Source: Octopus sinensis (Eukaryota). Taken from it: DNA of 64,000 nucleotides. The stretch spans positions 84,010,001 through 84,074,000 of the forward strand of contig NC_043002.1 of assembly GCF_006345805.1 (NCBI RefSeq). The letters are read 5' to 3'. A program made the position numbers and the translations under genes. Below, in pieces: positions 11,982-25,302 of the stretch (within the stretch, counting starts at the first letter, position 1; every line of letters begins with the position of its first letter). The notes under the pieces were generated by a model that was not told the origin of the DNA, made no database searches, and worked only from the letters and a program-made list of their open reading frames with translations.

Positions 11982-14029
11982 TCTTCCAGCTCTCTTGCTT
12001 TCTATACAACACTAAATCTGCAAAAAAAAGTTGAAAAAAAATTATTATATTTGTTGGCATATAAAATACACATTTTTTTTTTCTATACATGTCAAAATAT
12101 TGCCCTGCATCTAATGTGGGCCATATTATAGATGGGAGATTGAGTGTTGTGGGATAGGAAGCTGGATAAGCATAAATCCACTAGACACAATAACTGTAAC
12201 TAATAATAAAATTTTGATTTCAAATACTGATAAAAGACCAGCATTTTGGGAGTCAAGGGGTAAGTCATTTACATCAACCCCAGTACTCAACTAGTGCTTA
12301 TTTTATTGACCCTGAAAGGATGAAAAGCAAAGTTGAATTTGAACTCAGAATGTGAAGATGGACAAAATGCCACCAAGCATTTTGTCCAGTGTACTCTAAC
12401 TCTTTTACTTGTTTCAGTCATTTGACTATGGCCATGCTTGAATAAGAGATAAGATGGTGATGGAATGTACATAGGCCTCCTAAATCAGGGTCAATTACAG
12501 GCCAGTTGTAGCAGGGTTGAACTGAATCTAAACAGCAATGTTGAATTGAATAGATAAATAAGGGTCTTGCACTTGTCTTCCTAAAGAAAAAATAAAACTA
12601 GTTCAAGTAATCAAATCAGTTAAAACAATTATTCTTTGCTTCAATTAGATATTTTACAAATGAAAACAACTGTGTTGCAACAATTGTGTGTGTGTGTGTA
12701 TCTGTCTGTCTGTGCATGTAAGGATACACTCACAAAACAAGCACATATGGACATATGCATACATATACAAATACACAGAAATATGTGTATACTAAACTAT
12801 TATACAAAAAACATTTAAAACAATAAGCACATGAAAACAATCCCAGAGCAAAAAAAAAACCTATGAACTCACATGAATAATTTGCCTTTCAGTTAATTAG
12901 GACACACACAGTTAATAGAGCATTATCTAATAAATGAAGCATATCCAATAGCTTGTCCTGTTGTATAGTTAAACAAGAAACAAAAGAAATTCACAAAATA
13001 CAGGCATGACTGTATGATAAGAAGCTCGTTTTACAACCACATGATTTCAGGTTCAGTCCCACTGGGCAGCACCTCGGGCATGTGTCTTCTACTATAGCAT
13101 CAGGCAACCAATGCCTTCTGAGTGAATGTGGCAGACAGAAACTGTGTGGAAGCCCAGTGTGTGTGCACACGCGTGCATGTGTCTCTGTGTTTGTCCCCCT
13201 ACCACTTGACAACCGGTTTTGGTTTGTTTACATCCCTGTAACTTAGTAGTTTGGCAAAAGAAACTGACTGAATGAATACTAGGCTTAAAAATATAAGTAC
13301 TAAGGTTGATTTGTTCAGCTAAAGCCTTCAGAGCAGTGCCCCAGCATGGCCACAGTCAAATGACTGAAATAACTAGAAGATAAAAAGTAAAATTGGAAAC
13401 CTGTTTTGTCAACATTAAAAACAAGTAAACGACAGTTCACAAAATCTCTGATGTAAGAATACCTCAATAAACTATTGCTGTACATGCCAGGTCAATCTGG
13501 GCTGATAAGACTTATAATCACAGGCATTCCAGCCATGGACATCCAGTCTATTTAAGGGTTTCTAGGACTATATTCAACAAGTCAACTTTCCCTTTTAAAG
13601 ATGACAGGATATAGTTTGAGGGAGATTTACTCTAAAATGTTAGGAAGATGAATCACCATGAGAGCCCGTACAAGGTCACATAACTTGTTAGAAATAGAAG
13701 CTATCCTACAATCATATAAAAAAAGAAAAGCGTGGCTGGCCTAGATATATGAATTTTTTTTTTAATGGGATATTCATGGCTGGCTGCCTCTGATCATGGT
13801 TCAGCATTTGTTCATTTGTTCAAAAGGGCAGCCAGTGGGTTGGATCATAATCACTGCGATTAAAAAGGCTGTCATAGCTGAGAGTGGTAGTGGGGGATAA
13901 GCTCTCACTGCCTACAAAGTGCTCCCACGGCACTGCTCTGAAGGCTTTAGCTGAACAAATCAACCTTAGTACTTATATTTTTAAGCCTAGTATTCATTCA
14001 AGTCCAACTCCTGGCCTTCCTGCGGCGAA

Positions 14030-14410
14030 ACTGTTCCCACTGACAGGAGAAGGGGCAAAGGTGAGAAACTGGTGCCTTAAAACCAGTTGCTTTGGGTAGT
14101 TGGGACGCGATAGCCTTGACTGGCAGCCCAACTAGGAGAGGGAAACTCCGATTTCAAACCTCCGCTACCTTGCGGCAAGACCCCCTCCTGGGGAAGGCTA
14201 AGGGAGTAAACCCCGACATAAAATCCGGAGCTGGAGTCCCTAAGGCGGCCTGACATAACACGTCATCACCAGCAACCCCTGCGACGCATCTGGTACAAAG
14301 CTGTATTGACCCGTCGTTCCCTTGGATCTACCAGCTGCATGGAGAGGGGGGATCAAACTGTGTGGGCAACAGCTGATCCCTCATACAAACCTGCCCAGGC
14401 CTTGTAGCTC
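14030..14410 (+). mobile_element. RTE-type LINE 5' UTR-like fragment
   Basis: The ggagagggaaactccgatttcaaacctccgc...aaatccggagctggagtccctaagg motif resembles RTE 5' UTRs from recall; 14270-14400 resembles the SINE body at 1730-1860. Confidence 0.45.
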
Positions 14411-14469
14411 AACCACCTTTTCCAAGCTACTACATTATCTCTCGAGATGGACGGATGCCGCTGCTGACA

Positions 14470-14940
14470 ACGACATCAAAGTCACTCAAATGTGATGATT
14501 TTCTTTTTCTGATTGGAAGGTTTATCATTCCTTGTGAGTTTGTTCCACAAGATCAGACAATCAATAAAGCATTTTACTTAGATGTCCTGAAGTGTTTGAG
14601 AAAGGCCATTTGAAGGAAGAGAACTGAAGCATGGACAGACAAAACTCAGGTGCTTCATCGCAACAATGCACCTGTTCACAAATCACTCCTTATCCATGAC
14701 TTCTTGGCAAAGCAAGTAATGACTCCAGTCCTGCTCGCTGAATAAGGACTGCTGTGGACTTTTTCCTTTTTTTCTCTTAAAGTTGGAATCACACTCATCC
14801 ACTCTAAAAGGTTACCAATTTCAGATGATAGATGATAGTGAAAAAAATCAGTAAGGAAACTGCTTGTCATCCCTGAAAATGCATTCCAAAATATTGGGAG
14901 TGGTGTATAAATAGTGAATGGGACTATTTTGAAGGAGACA
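14470..14940 (+). mobile_element. Degenerate mariner transposase fragment
   Basis: H..NAPVHKSLLIHDFLAK... DFF.F..LK ... G.YFEGD C-terminus, with frameshifts. Confidence 0.75.
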
Positions 14941-15475
14941 TCATCATCATCATCATTTAACACTCATGTTCCATGCTGGCAAGGGTTGGACAGTTTGATG
15001 GGATCACATGGGTCTAAGGACACCAACTACTATACAAAGTGTATTCAGTGCCTTTTTCATGCCATCATCACTAATGAGGTTGCCTTACATCTTGCAAGAC
15101 TACAAACCACAAGTAGGGAGGGGGAACTTTATACTAGAAGAATAAGGGGTAGATAGAGAGGGCTAAAGTATGGGCCACAGCAAAACAAGCTTCTTGCTGA
15201 AGATGGGGTACATGGCTAGACGTCAGATTAAATTATCTTTTATCTTTCATTACTTGCTCCAGTCACAAACCTGTAGCCATGCTGAGACACTGCTTTGAAG
15301 GGCTTAGTTAAACACATCAACCCCAGAATTTATTTTTAAGCCTAATACTTATTCTATTCATCTCTTTTTGCCAAACTACTAAGTTACAAGGATGTAAACA
15401 AACCACCAGTTGTCAAGCAGTAGTGGGAGGCAAACACAAAGACACACACACATACATTATATATATACACACACA

Positions 15476-16259
15476 TCTACTACATATGTGGAAAATCAGT
15501 GTGTGTTAGTGGCGTTGTTAGTTAACTCCTCCTACATCATTTTATTGATTTTGATGAAACTTGACATGTGAACTACATATCTAGAAACCTCGTGACATAC
15601 TTAGATTGTTAAAAAAAAATCAATAATAGGGCCCCTCCAATGGATCCTTCTATCTACTACATATTACTATTTTATTTAAACAACCCAAGGAAAATAACCC
15701 ATACCACCTGCAGATTTTAGCGAAGTGATCAATATATGATCAGCCAACCTAATTCTGCATTTCACTACTCAGTTTTGAACTGCTAAACATTATTATTGCA
15801 CTTCCTAAATTTGAATCTTAAACATTAAAGACTTCATTCATACATACTTTTTTGAATGCCCATTACTCCGATAATTCTGCATTTTTACAGTTACAGTTTT
15901 TCCATGACAGAAAATAAATTATTTATTCCACAACAAATTTGTAGTGGCTTCATGCAGTCATAGCATGGATTCAATCCTCAATTGTCAAAATTCACTTAGC
16001 ACTTCAACAGCGCTTTTCTCATGATAAAACAATAGTTTTTTTGTGAACGACAGCAGTTATACTTTTCCCAGATGCCTTCACTAAGTAGAATAATGTTTTT
16101 GCCTCTCGCAAACCTCCAACAGACAGTTTTTTATACTTTTTCATGATGGAAAATACACCTTTTGTGGCAGTTATAACAAAATTGCTTTCTTATATCAGAG
16201 AAATAAGACGTTTCAACAGAACATCTTTACCCTTGGGAAATACCAGGTACATCAGCTAG
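15476..16259 (+). mobile_element. Non-autonomous Helitron, family 2, inserted in a SINE microsatellite
   Basis: A|TCTACTACATATG ... CAGCTAG|T; splits an OR-like SINE (15235-15470 and 16320-16470). Confidence 0.8.
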
Positions 16260-17599
16260 TACTTATATATATATATATATAGATGTGTATATTTTACCCT
16301 TGTTAACAATTGACATGGAATATATGATGGGCTCTTTTCAGTTTCTGTCTACCAAATCCACTCACTAGGGCTATAGTAGAAGACAATTACCTAAAGTGTC
16401 ACATAGTTGAACAGAAACCTGGAACCATGTGAGAAAAAAACTTCTAACCACACAGCCAACCAGCACCTATTGTAATTTGTTTTTAAAAAGCCATTTCATT
16501 TTTGGCTGATCTTATATTCAATTTGCATTTGTAATATTTTCATCCTCAATAAATTGAAAGTGAAACAACGGTATCTTTAATTTTCAGAAAAAAATGAAAC
16601 AACCAATACTTTCAAATGTAAACAAAATATATTTACAAACTTCAAATGCAAACTAAATGTATTTGTAGGAGTGGCTGTGTGGTAAGTAGCTTGCTTACGA
16701 ACCACATGGTCCCCCACTCCAACATTGCTTGACAACCGATGCTGGTGTGTTTATGTCCCCGTAACTTAGCGGTTCGGCAAAAGGGACCGATAGAATAAGC
16801 ACTAGGCTTACAAAGAATAAGTCCTGGGGTCGATTTGCTCGACTAAAGGCGGTGCTCCAGCATGGCCACAGTCAAATGACTGAAACAAGTAAAAGGGTAA
16901 AAAGAAAAAAAACTACTGCAACTCAAAAAAATCTAAACCTCAACAGTTTCTGCTTATTAAGACTGATTACATTCTAAATCCTTTAATAATTTAAAATCTT
17001 TAATGATGTTTCTTTTAATTAATGTATTATTATTGTTGTTGTTGTTCTACCTTTTCGGTTTGAAGCACCAGATCCGATTTATTTTTGAAAATTTCTGTAG
17101 GTCTTGTTTTCTTTCTTTATTCATGCTAATTACGAAATCATAACTGTCTTCTGTTTTTATAGAGATATATATACTTTTTGAACTTAAGACAGCGAAATGG
17201 CAGCATCGTTGCCCACCGGGGAAAATGCTTAGTGGCATTTCGTCCGTCTTTATGTTCTGAATTCAAATGATGTCGACTTTGCCTTTCATCCTTTTGAGGT
17301 CAATAAATAAGTGCCAGTTGAGCATTGGGAGTTGATGTAATCGACCAATCCTTCCCCACCAGAAATTGCTGGCCTTGTACCAAAACTTGAAAGCAATATA
17401 TATAATTTCTGAACTTCTGAAGTTCAAAGCATAGGAATCCGAAGAACTTTATACAACGAACGAACAAACGAAAGAAGTAAAAAAAATTCGCATAAAAACA
17501 ATAAGTGTCTGGAAAAAATGGGTGAAAAACAAACGTAAGGAGGAGATTTAAAAAAACCACAAAGAAAACCTAGAAAAGATTATTATATCAATAGTTAAA

Positions 17600-18008
17600 G
17601 GATCTTTTCGGTGTGACCGGCAGTTTTTTTAAATAATTTCCACGTAACTAAACACTTTTAAACTTTGTATACTGGTAGAATGTGTTTATAAAACATCTTT
17701 TTCTCTTGGCGTTATTGAGAAAATTCTATAGTTTGTAAGATATTTGTTGTTTTTTTTTCCTTCAATTTCTGCAAGTTCAACCAATCAATGACGTCTATTA
17801 AAGGTGAAAACATTCTGTACCATATGAACATGTCCCTTGTTTAAGAAACAGAATGGGTTTATTTACATTTCTGAAAAAAAAAAAAATACCCTTCCCCCCG
17901 CCCCTAAAACAGATTGAAATGCAATAGATCGATACTAGGGTCATAATTATGGGTGACAATTTTATATGACACCGCTAGAAAAAACTGCTGTTCAAACCGA
18001 AAAGATCC
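17600..18008 (+). mobile_element. GGATC-ended MITE (probably Merlin-type)
   Basis: ~28-bp TIRs GGATCTTTTCGGTTTGAACGGCAGTTTT; no TSD visible for this copy. Confidence 0.8.
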
Positions 18009-18871
18009 TGAAATTTCCTTGATCTTGTTATCTTGTTAGATTTTAGTGAAAGTACATGGCTTGGTGGTTAGGGTATTCGGCTCACGATTGTATGGTCATG
18101 AGTTCAATTCCCAGCGGTGTGTTGTGCTTGTGAGCAAGACACTTTATTTCACGTTGCTCCAGTCGACTCAGCTGGCAAAAATTAGTTGTACCTGTTTTTC
18201 AAAGGGCTAGCTGGTCTCATGCCGATGGCACGTAAAAAGCACCATCCGATCGTGGCCGTTTGCCAGCCTCGTCTGGCACGTAAAAAGCACCCACTACACT
18301 CACGGAGTGGTTGGCGTTAGGAAGGGTATCCAGCTGTAGAAACACTGCCAGATCAGACTGGGCCTGGTGCAGCCTTCTGGCTTCCCAGACCCCAGTTAAA
18401 CCGTCCAACCCATGCTAGCATGGAAAGCAGACGTTAAACGATGATGATGATGATGATGCTGAACCTCTCTGTATTTCAAAGAGCCAGCTTTGTCGCATTC
18501 TGTGTTACGCTGGACCACGCTGAGAACTATGTTAAGGGTTTGCCTGTCTGTGAAGTTCTCAGTCATTTGCACGTTAATTTCACGAGCAGGTTGTTCCGTT
18601 GATCAGATCAACTGGTTGTCGTAACCGACAGTGTGTCAGTCTATTGTTAGTTTTGGAATTGTGGTTATTTTGGCAAGGGATTTTACACTAAGACAATTAA
18701 TTGCATTATGGGATAGGCACGATAGTCATTTTAACATACAGTATACTATTATATTAATTTAAGAAAATTAATGATAGTTCTGTCAAATAATTTTGTCATT
18801 CATTGTAGTTATATGTAACTTGAGAAAAAGTAATTATTTGTATATATACGTTTTTGAGTTGAGTTTAACTA

Positions 18872-19273
18872 GGATCTTTTCAGTTTGACCGGCAGTTTTT
18901 TAAAATAATTTCCACGTAACTAAACACTTTTAAACTTCATATACTAGTAGAATGTGTTTATAAAACATCTTTTTCTCTTGGCTTTATGGAGAAAATTCTG
19001 TAGTTTATAAGATATTTGTTGTTCTTTTTCTTCAATTTCAACCAATCACTGACGTCTATTGAGGTGAAAACATTCTGTGCCGTATGAATATGTCCCTCGT
19101 TTAAGAAACAGATTGGGTTTATTTACATTTCTGAAGTAAAAAAGATACCCTTCCCCCCACCCCTAACCCTAAAACAAATTGAAATGCAATAGATCGATAC
19201 TAGGGTCATAATTATGGGTGACAATTTCATATGACACTGCTAGAAAAAACTGCCGTTCAAACCGAAAAGATCC
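18872..19273 (+). mobile_element. GGATC-ended MITE
   Basis: Same family; both TIRs present. Confidence 0.8.
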
Positions 19274-19990
19274 AAGACGTGACCCTCATGAATGTTTGCA
19301 ACACAGGCGCAGGCGTAGCTGTGTGGTAAGAAGCTTACTTCCCAACCACATGATTCTGGGTTCAGTCTCACTATGTGGCACTTGGGCAAGTGTCTTCTAC
19401 TATAGCCTAGGACCAACAAAAGCCTTGTGAGTAGATTTGGGCCTACCCCACTATAATATGTGTGTGTGTGTGTTTGTCCCCTTGCCATTGTTTGACAACC
19501 GATACAGCTGTGTTTATGTCTCTGTAACTTAGCGCTTCAGCAAAAGAATTCAATAAAATAAGTACTAGGCTTGCAAAGAATAAGTCCTGGGGTCGATTTC
19601 TTTAAGGTGGTGCTCCAGCATGGCCGCAGTAAAATGCCTGAAACGAGTAAAATAATAAAAAAAAAATGTGTGCATGTGTGCCCCCTCTACCACTGCTTAA
19701 TTGGTGTGCATGTGTTTACGTCCTTATAACCTAGCGGTTCAGCAAAAGACAACTTCTGGGGACGAGTCTTCAAGTCCATGTTCCTGCATGGCTGCAGTCT
19801 AATGACTGAAACAAGTGAAAGATAAAAGATAGGATGTATATTTTATCTTCAATAAATTGAAAATGAATTTTTTTTTCCCCACCCAGAAATTTAAGCAATT
19901 AAATACTTGAATATGTTGACATATTTATAGACTCCTAATGCGAAATAAATACATTTTATATACGCAAATATAGCACTGATGTCGTTAATC

Positions 19991-20396
19991 AGATCTTTTC
20001 GGTTTGACTGGCAGTTTTTTTAAATAATTTCCATGTAACTAAACACTTTTAAACTTCGTATACTGGTAGAATGTGTTTATAAAACATCTTTTTCTCTTGG
20101 CTTTATTGAGAAAATTCTACAGTTTGTAAGATATTTATTGTTTTTTTTCTTCAATTTTTGCAATTTCAACCAATCAATGACGTCTATTGAGGTGAAAATA
20201 TTCTGTGCCATATGAAAATGTCTCTCGTTTAAGAAACAGATCGGGTTTATTTACATTTCTGAAAAAAAAAAAAATACCCTTCCCCCCGCCCCTAAAACAG
20301 ATTGAAATGCAATAGATCGATACTAGGGTCATAATTATGGGTGACAATTTCATATGACACCGCTAGAAAAAACTGCCGTTCAAACCGAAAAGATCC
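19991..20396 (+). mobile_element. GGATC-ended MITE flanked by long direct repeats
   Basis: Same family; flanks 19928-19990 and 20397-20440 are direct repeats. Confidence 0.8.
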
Positions 20397-21299
20397 TAGA
20401 CTCCTAATGCGAACTAAATATAGCACTGATGTCGTTAATCCTCTCACCCTAACGATTTTCTGGATGAAACGAATGAAAAATTAATATAAGATTTCTTTGT
20501 TTTTTTTTTTGGTCTTTGGTTAATGTTTACATTATTAGCCGGAAAGAAAGTCAAAATTTTAAAAAATAGTGCAACGGATGTAAAAAGAAAAGGTGTAGGA
20601 AACGATTATGCAAACAAAAATGCCCGGAAAGGAACAGAGAGTGGGGAGAGGCCTTCGGAAAATTCACAGGATCCGATGTTTTTTCCCTCATAACTTCTAG
20701 GAAAATGGGGTTTTTTTAATGAAATTTTATATAAATACCTTTCAAACGGTATAGATTACGATATTAAAGAAATTTGAAGGGAAAATCTTTTCTGAGGGGA
20801 TGGAGAGAGGACTTCGAAAAATTCACAAAATCCGAGTTTTTCCCTCGTACAGGACTTAGATGCTAAACATCCCTTTGAAGGCTTCAGGCCCTTACTTCTA
20901 CGATGGATGGCGTGGTTATGTGGTATGAAGCTTATTTCCCGACCACATGGTTCCAGGTTTGGTCCCACTGCGTGACACTTTGGGCAAGTGTCTTCCACTA
21001 CAGCCTCGGGCCGACCAGAACCTTATGAGGGGACTGAGTAGAGGGAAACTGAAAGAAGCCCGTCGTGTATATGTGTGTGCGTGTGTGTGTGTGTGTGTAT
21101 CTGTGTTTTTCCCCTACCACCGCTTGACAACCGGTGCTGGTGTGTTTATGTTCCCGTAACTTTGTTGTTCGGTAAAAGAAACCTAGAAAACAAGTACCAG
21201 GTAAAGGCGGCGAACTGACAGAAACTTTAGCACGCCGGGCGAAATGTTTAGCGGTATTTCGTCTGCCGCTACGTTCTGAGTTTATGATTCATGTGTGAG

Positions 21300-21800
21300 T
21301 GTGTGTTCTTGATACTCGTTTAGAACAAGTAGTTTTACACCAATTACACTATTTTTTCTTAGTTTAAAGGCCGTGGACTGAAGATGTGAAATTTCCGAAG
21401 CCTCTCCCCCACCCCCCTTTCGCGAGCGCGCATTTTTTTCATGATAGTCGTTTAGAGCAAGTTGTTTTACACCTATTACGCTGTTTTTGTTTTTGTTTTT
21501 GTGCCCGGTTCAGACGCTTTCGGAAATTCCCGATATAAATTTTCCGAGGCCTCTCCCCCACCCCTCTTTCGCGAGAGCGCATTTTTTTTGTCATATTCGT
21601 TTAGAGCAAGTTGTTTTACACATATTACACTATTTTTTTTTTGTTTTGGTGCCCGGGTCAGCTCCTCAGACGCTTTCGGAACTTCCCGATGTGAATTTTC
21701 CGAGACATCTCCCCCACCCCCCTTTCGCGTGCGCGAATTTTTTTTTTCATATTCGTTCATAGGAAATTGTTTTACACCTATTACACACATTTTTTTTTTT
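21300..21800. repeat. Degenerate ~130-157 bp tandem repeat, 3-4 units
   Basis: tcgtttagagcaagttgttttacac recurs at ~21316, 21447, 21597 and 21754; tttccga..c.tctccccc recurs in phase. Confidence 0.8.
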
Positions 21801-22563
21801 TGATTTTCTGATAATCGTAACGCCCTATATTAACCGCCGAGGTCGACTTTGCCTTTCATCCTTTCGGGGTCGATTAAATAAGTACCAGTTACGCACTTGG
21901 GTCGATGTAATCGACTTAATCCCTTTGTCTGTCCTTGTTTGTCCCTTCTATGTTTAGCCCCTTGTGGGTAGTAAAGAAATAAGAATAAGTAGCAGGCTTG
22001 ATTTAAAAATTAAAAAAAAATAAATAGTGAGGTCGATTCATTCGGCTAAAATTTCTTTAAGGCGGTGCCCCAGTATGGCCGCAACCTAATGACTGAAACA
22101 CGTGAGAGATAAAAGGCAAGAAAGAAGATTCACATGGTTATGATTTTTCGAACTGCTAACATATATAAAATATGGAATTTTTTTTTCTTTTCTGTTTACA
22201 AGTGGTACATCAATACTTTATGAAACATTTCACTTGAGTACATAAAAATAAATATTCAAAAGATCCAGAACAATTCAATAATGGACAATTAGTAAAAGCA
22301 AGCAACAAGAAAATGGCAACAGAAAGAGATAAGGGATCGCTAATGAAAATAAAGAGGCATGCCACGGATCCTTCATTTATTACATCATGCCAGGGGGCCA
22401 TAGATGTTCCCTTCCAAAACTGTAATATTTCAATATTTCCCATTTACTTGTATGCATTTTATTTTACATTTCTACGGACGAGATTTTACAAGAAAAACAA
22501 AATGCATAAGCGCAAGTGTGGCTGAGAAACTTGCTTCCCAAGTCCCACTGCGCACCACCCTAT

Positions 22564-23146
22564 GCTGAAATCTGGTTTAAGTACCCTATTATAACCCCTC
22601 ATAACCTTTATATTATTTTTTTTGAATTTTCAGAAAATTTTTGCAAATTTGTGTTCTACGCACGGCAAGTCATACAATTATGAAAAAAAAAAAAAACGTT
22701 TTTGTTTTTTTTTTCAATTTTTAATCCCTTTGCCCACCCACTAAATCCTAAAATTCCCACTCTTTCGAATTCTTTTAAAAATCAGTTTTTAGATCAGTGC
22801 GAATCTTTGGCTTAAATCCCAGCAATGGACCAATAAATGTGTTTATGGGGAGAAAAGTAATGAAAAACATGAAAATATGTTTGTCTCAGACTGACAAACA
22901 AATGAGAAAGGTATCAGGTGGTCATGTGATATGCTAAAAACAACAGCTAAATCGCCCTTAAATCACAATTTTTTTGGTATTTTATAATCGTATGAATTCC
23001 CGTGTATAAAACACAAATTTTTCTGAAAATTCCAAAAAAGTGCTTAAACCACAATTTTTTTGGTATTTTATAATCGTATGAATTCCCGTGTATAAAACAC
23101 AAATTTTTCTGAAAATTCCAAAAAAGTGCTTAAACCAGAATTCCGC
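22564..23146. mobile_element. MITE with GCGGAATTCTGGTTTAAGCAC-type TIRs; internal exact 86-bp duplication
   Basis: TIRs at both ends; units start at 22964 and 23050; a diverged second copy lies at 24805-25302. Confidence 0.6.
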
Positions 23147-23935
23147 CCAAATATCTTCTACTAAGGTCGACCAAAGCTTTGTAGAGTGGATTTGATAGAC
23201 AGAAACTAAAAGAAGCCCTTTGTGTATGTGTGTTGGTTTGTTTATGTCCCCATAACTTAGCTGTTCGGCAAAAGAGCCCAACAGAATAAGTACCAGGCTT
23301 TAAAAAAAAGAAACAGGTACAAGGGTCGACTAAACCCTTCAATGCGGTGTCCCCAGCACGGCCGCAATCCAACGATTGAAATAGGAAAAAGAGAAAAAAT
23401 ATAGCCGTCATTCGCAAGCGTGTATGGCATGGTAAACGTATTTTCGCCGATTGTTTTAAGTACTTCTGCAGAAAGCAAGCCGACACAGACAACCTTCTCG
23501 ACTCTGCTGCTTCTTGGCCCGGCAGAACATAGAGGATATGAGAGCTAATGGAAAGAAGTGATGTACCACATCAAGCCGGTGCTCATTTTCAGCTGAATAG
23601 ACTGGAATGGCGTGAAATAATGTGCCTTGCTGAAGGCCACAAAATAACTGCACCGTCCAGGGACCACACCCACGACATAATGTTCGTCAACCCAACATCC
23701 TAACCATTAGCTTATGCACACTTATAGACGAGATTTATAGCCCGGAAAGAAATTTAAATATTTATTCATTTGCATCGCTGTAGAGTCATTAAAAACATAC
23801 ATACACTTTGTTATATTCACTTTTGCTTTTAAAGCTGTAATAATTCTATCACGATGCAATCGTCAAACGATACCAGATTGGAATATATCCAGCTCTAAAA
23901 TATCCATCGATTAATAAATTAGAATTACTCTACAA

Positions 23936-24272
23936 CAGGTGTTCTCAGCCATTTTTAATCTATGGACCCCTTTGATTACTATTTTATTCTGGTGGACACC
24001 CCATAGCCATTCGATGTTTAAAAACTAGTTTTATAGAAACTTCTTTCAAAATTTCTATTTTGTTTTTCGCACATTAATTTGTGTAGGTTGAACTATGTAA
24101 AATGTTAGAGAAAGAAACCTCAGTTTCTTGCAATACATACATCCAAAACAAAATTTTTCCAAGGGCCCTTAAAATACTATTGTGGATCCCTAAATTACTA
24201 TTTTGTTGCGTGGACCCCAAAAATCTTATATGGACCCCCAGGAGCCATATGGACCTCGGTTGAGTACCACTG
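23936..24272. mobile_element. hAT/Charlie-type MITE
   Basis: CAGGTGTTCTCAGCC / GGTTGAGTACCACTG termini; degenerate 8-bp TSD ctctacaa/ctctagag. Confidence 0.7.
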
Positions 24273-24804
24273 CTCTAGAGGAATGCCTAGTTATTTTCGG
24301 CCTACCTATACAAGTGTGACCCACACAGACTTTGTTTCCTCATGACTTTCAGAAAAATGGATATTTTTTTAATGAAATTTTCTACAAGTACGCCTCAGAT
24401 GGTGTAAATTCCAACTATATCGGAATTTGTTGTGAAAAACTTTTTCCGAGAGGAGTTTCGGCTCTGTTCCCTCATAACTTTCAGAAAAATGGCGGGGGAG
24501 ACATGAAATTTTCTACAAATATCTTGCAGAGTGTGTAGATTATGATTATATCCACTATTTAATGAGGAGGGAAATGGTGGACACACACATCACAATTGTT
24601 TTCGAAATTATTTCTCCGTGTTAAATTCCGATATAATCGTGATCTACACACTCTGGAAGGTATTTGTACAAATTTTCTTTAAAAAAAAAAAATAACTATT
24701 TTTCTGAAAGTTAAGAGGAAATAAAACCGACTCGTGTAAATTTTCCGCAATTCCTCTCCCAACAAAATCATTTTTCAAACCAAATTCCGATATAATCGGA
24801 ATCA

Positions 24805-25302
24805 GCAGAATTCTGCTTTAAGCACCCCATATAACCCCTCGTAACTTTTTTGATTTTAGGAGTTTTCAGAAAAGTTTTGCGAATTTGCTCTCTCCACATG
24901 TGAGTTCATACGACTATGAATTTTTTTTCTTTAACTTTTCGAAATTAAAAATTATTTTAAAGTTTTCGAATTTTTTTTTAATCAGTTTAAAATACAGCCA
25001 GTCCGAATTCTTTGCTCAAATCCCAACAACAGACCATTAAATGTGTTTATGAGAAGAAACATATTGAAAAGCATCAAATACGTCAGTGACAAACAAACGA
25101 AGGTATCAGGTGGTCGTGAGATGTGCTTAAAAATATAACTGCTAAATAGCATTTAAATCACATAATTTTTTTTTCCGGATTTTGCATACTCTTATGAATT
25201 CCTGGGTGTAGAAGACAAATTCGCAAAAAAAAAAATTCTGAAAATTCCCCAAAATAAAGAAGATGTAAAAGGTTATATGGGGTGCTTGGAGCAGGATTCC
25301 GC
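24805..25302. mobile_element. MITE, same family as 22564-23146
   Basis: TIRs gcagaattctgctttaagcacccc / ggggtgcttggagcaggattccgc and a shared internal sequence. Confidence 0.55.

Noticed and set aside
17051-17560. Candidate 5' UTR exon or TSS of the SIM-rich gene (26.5-27.3 kb was also considered)
   Set aside because: Only a weak donor (AAG|GTAGAA) and no decisive promoter evidence.
21300-21800. Repeat-spacer look of this array and of 29597-29970 (CRISPR-like)
   Set aside because: Eukaryotic context, degenerate contiguous units, no unique spacers and no cas genes.
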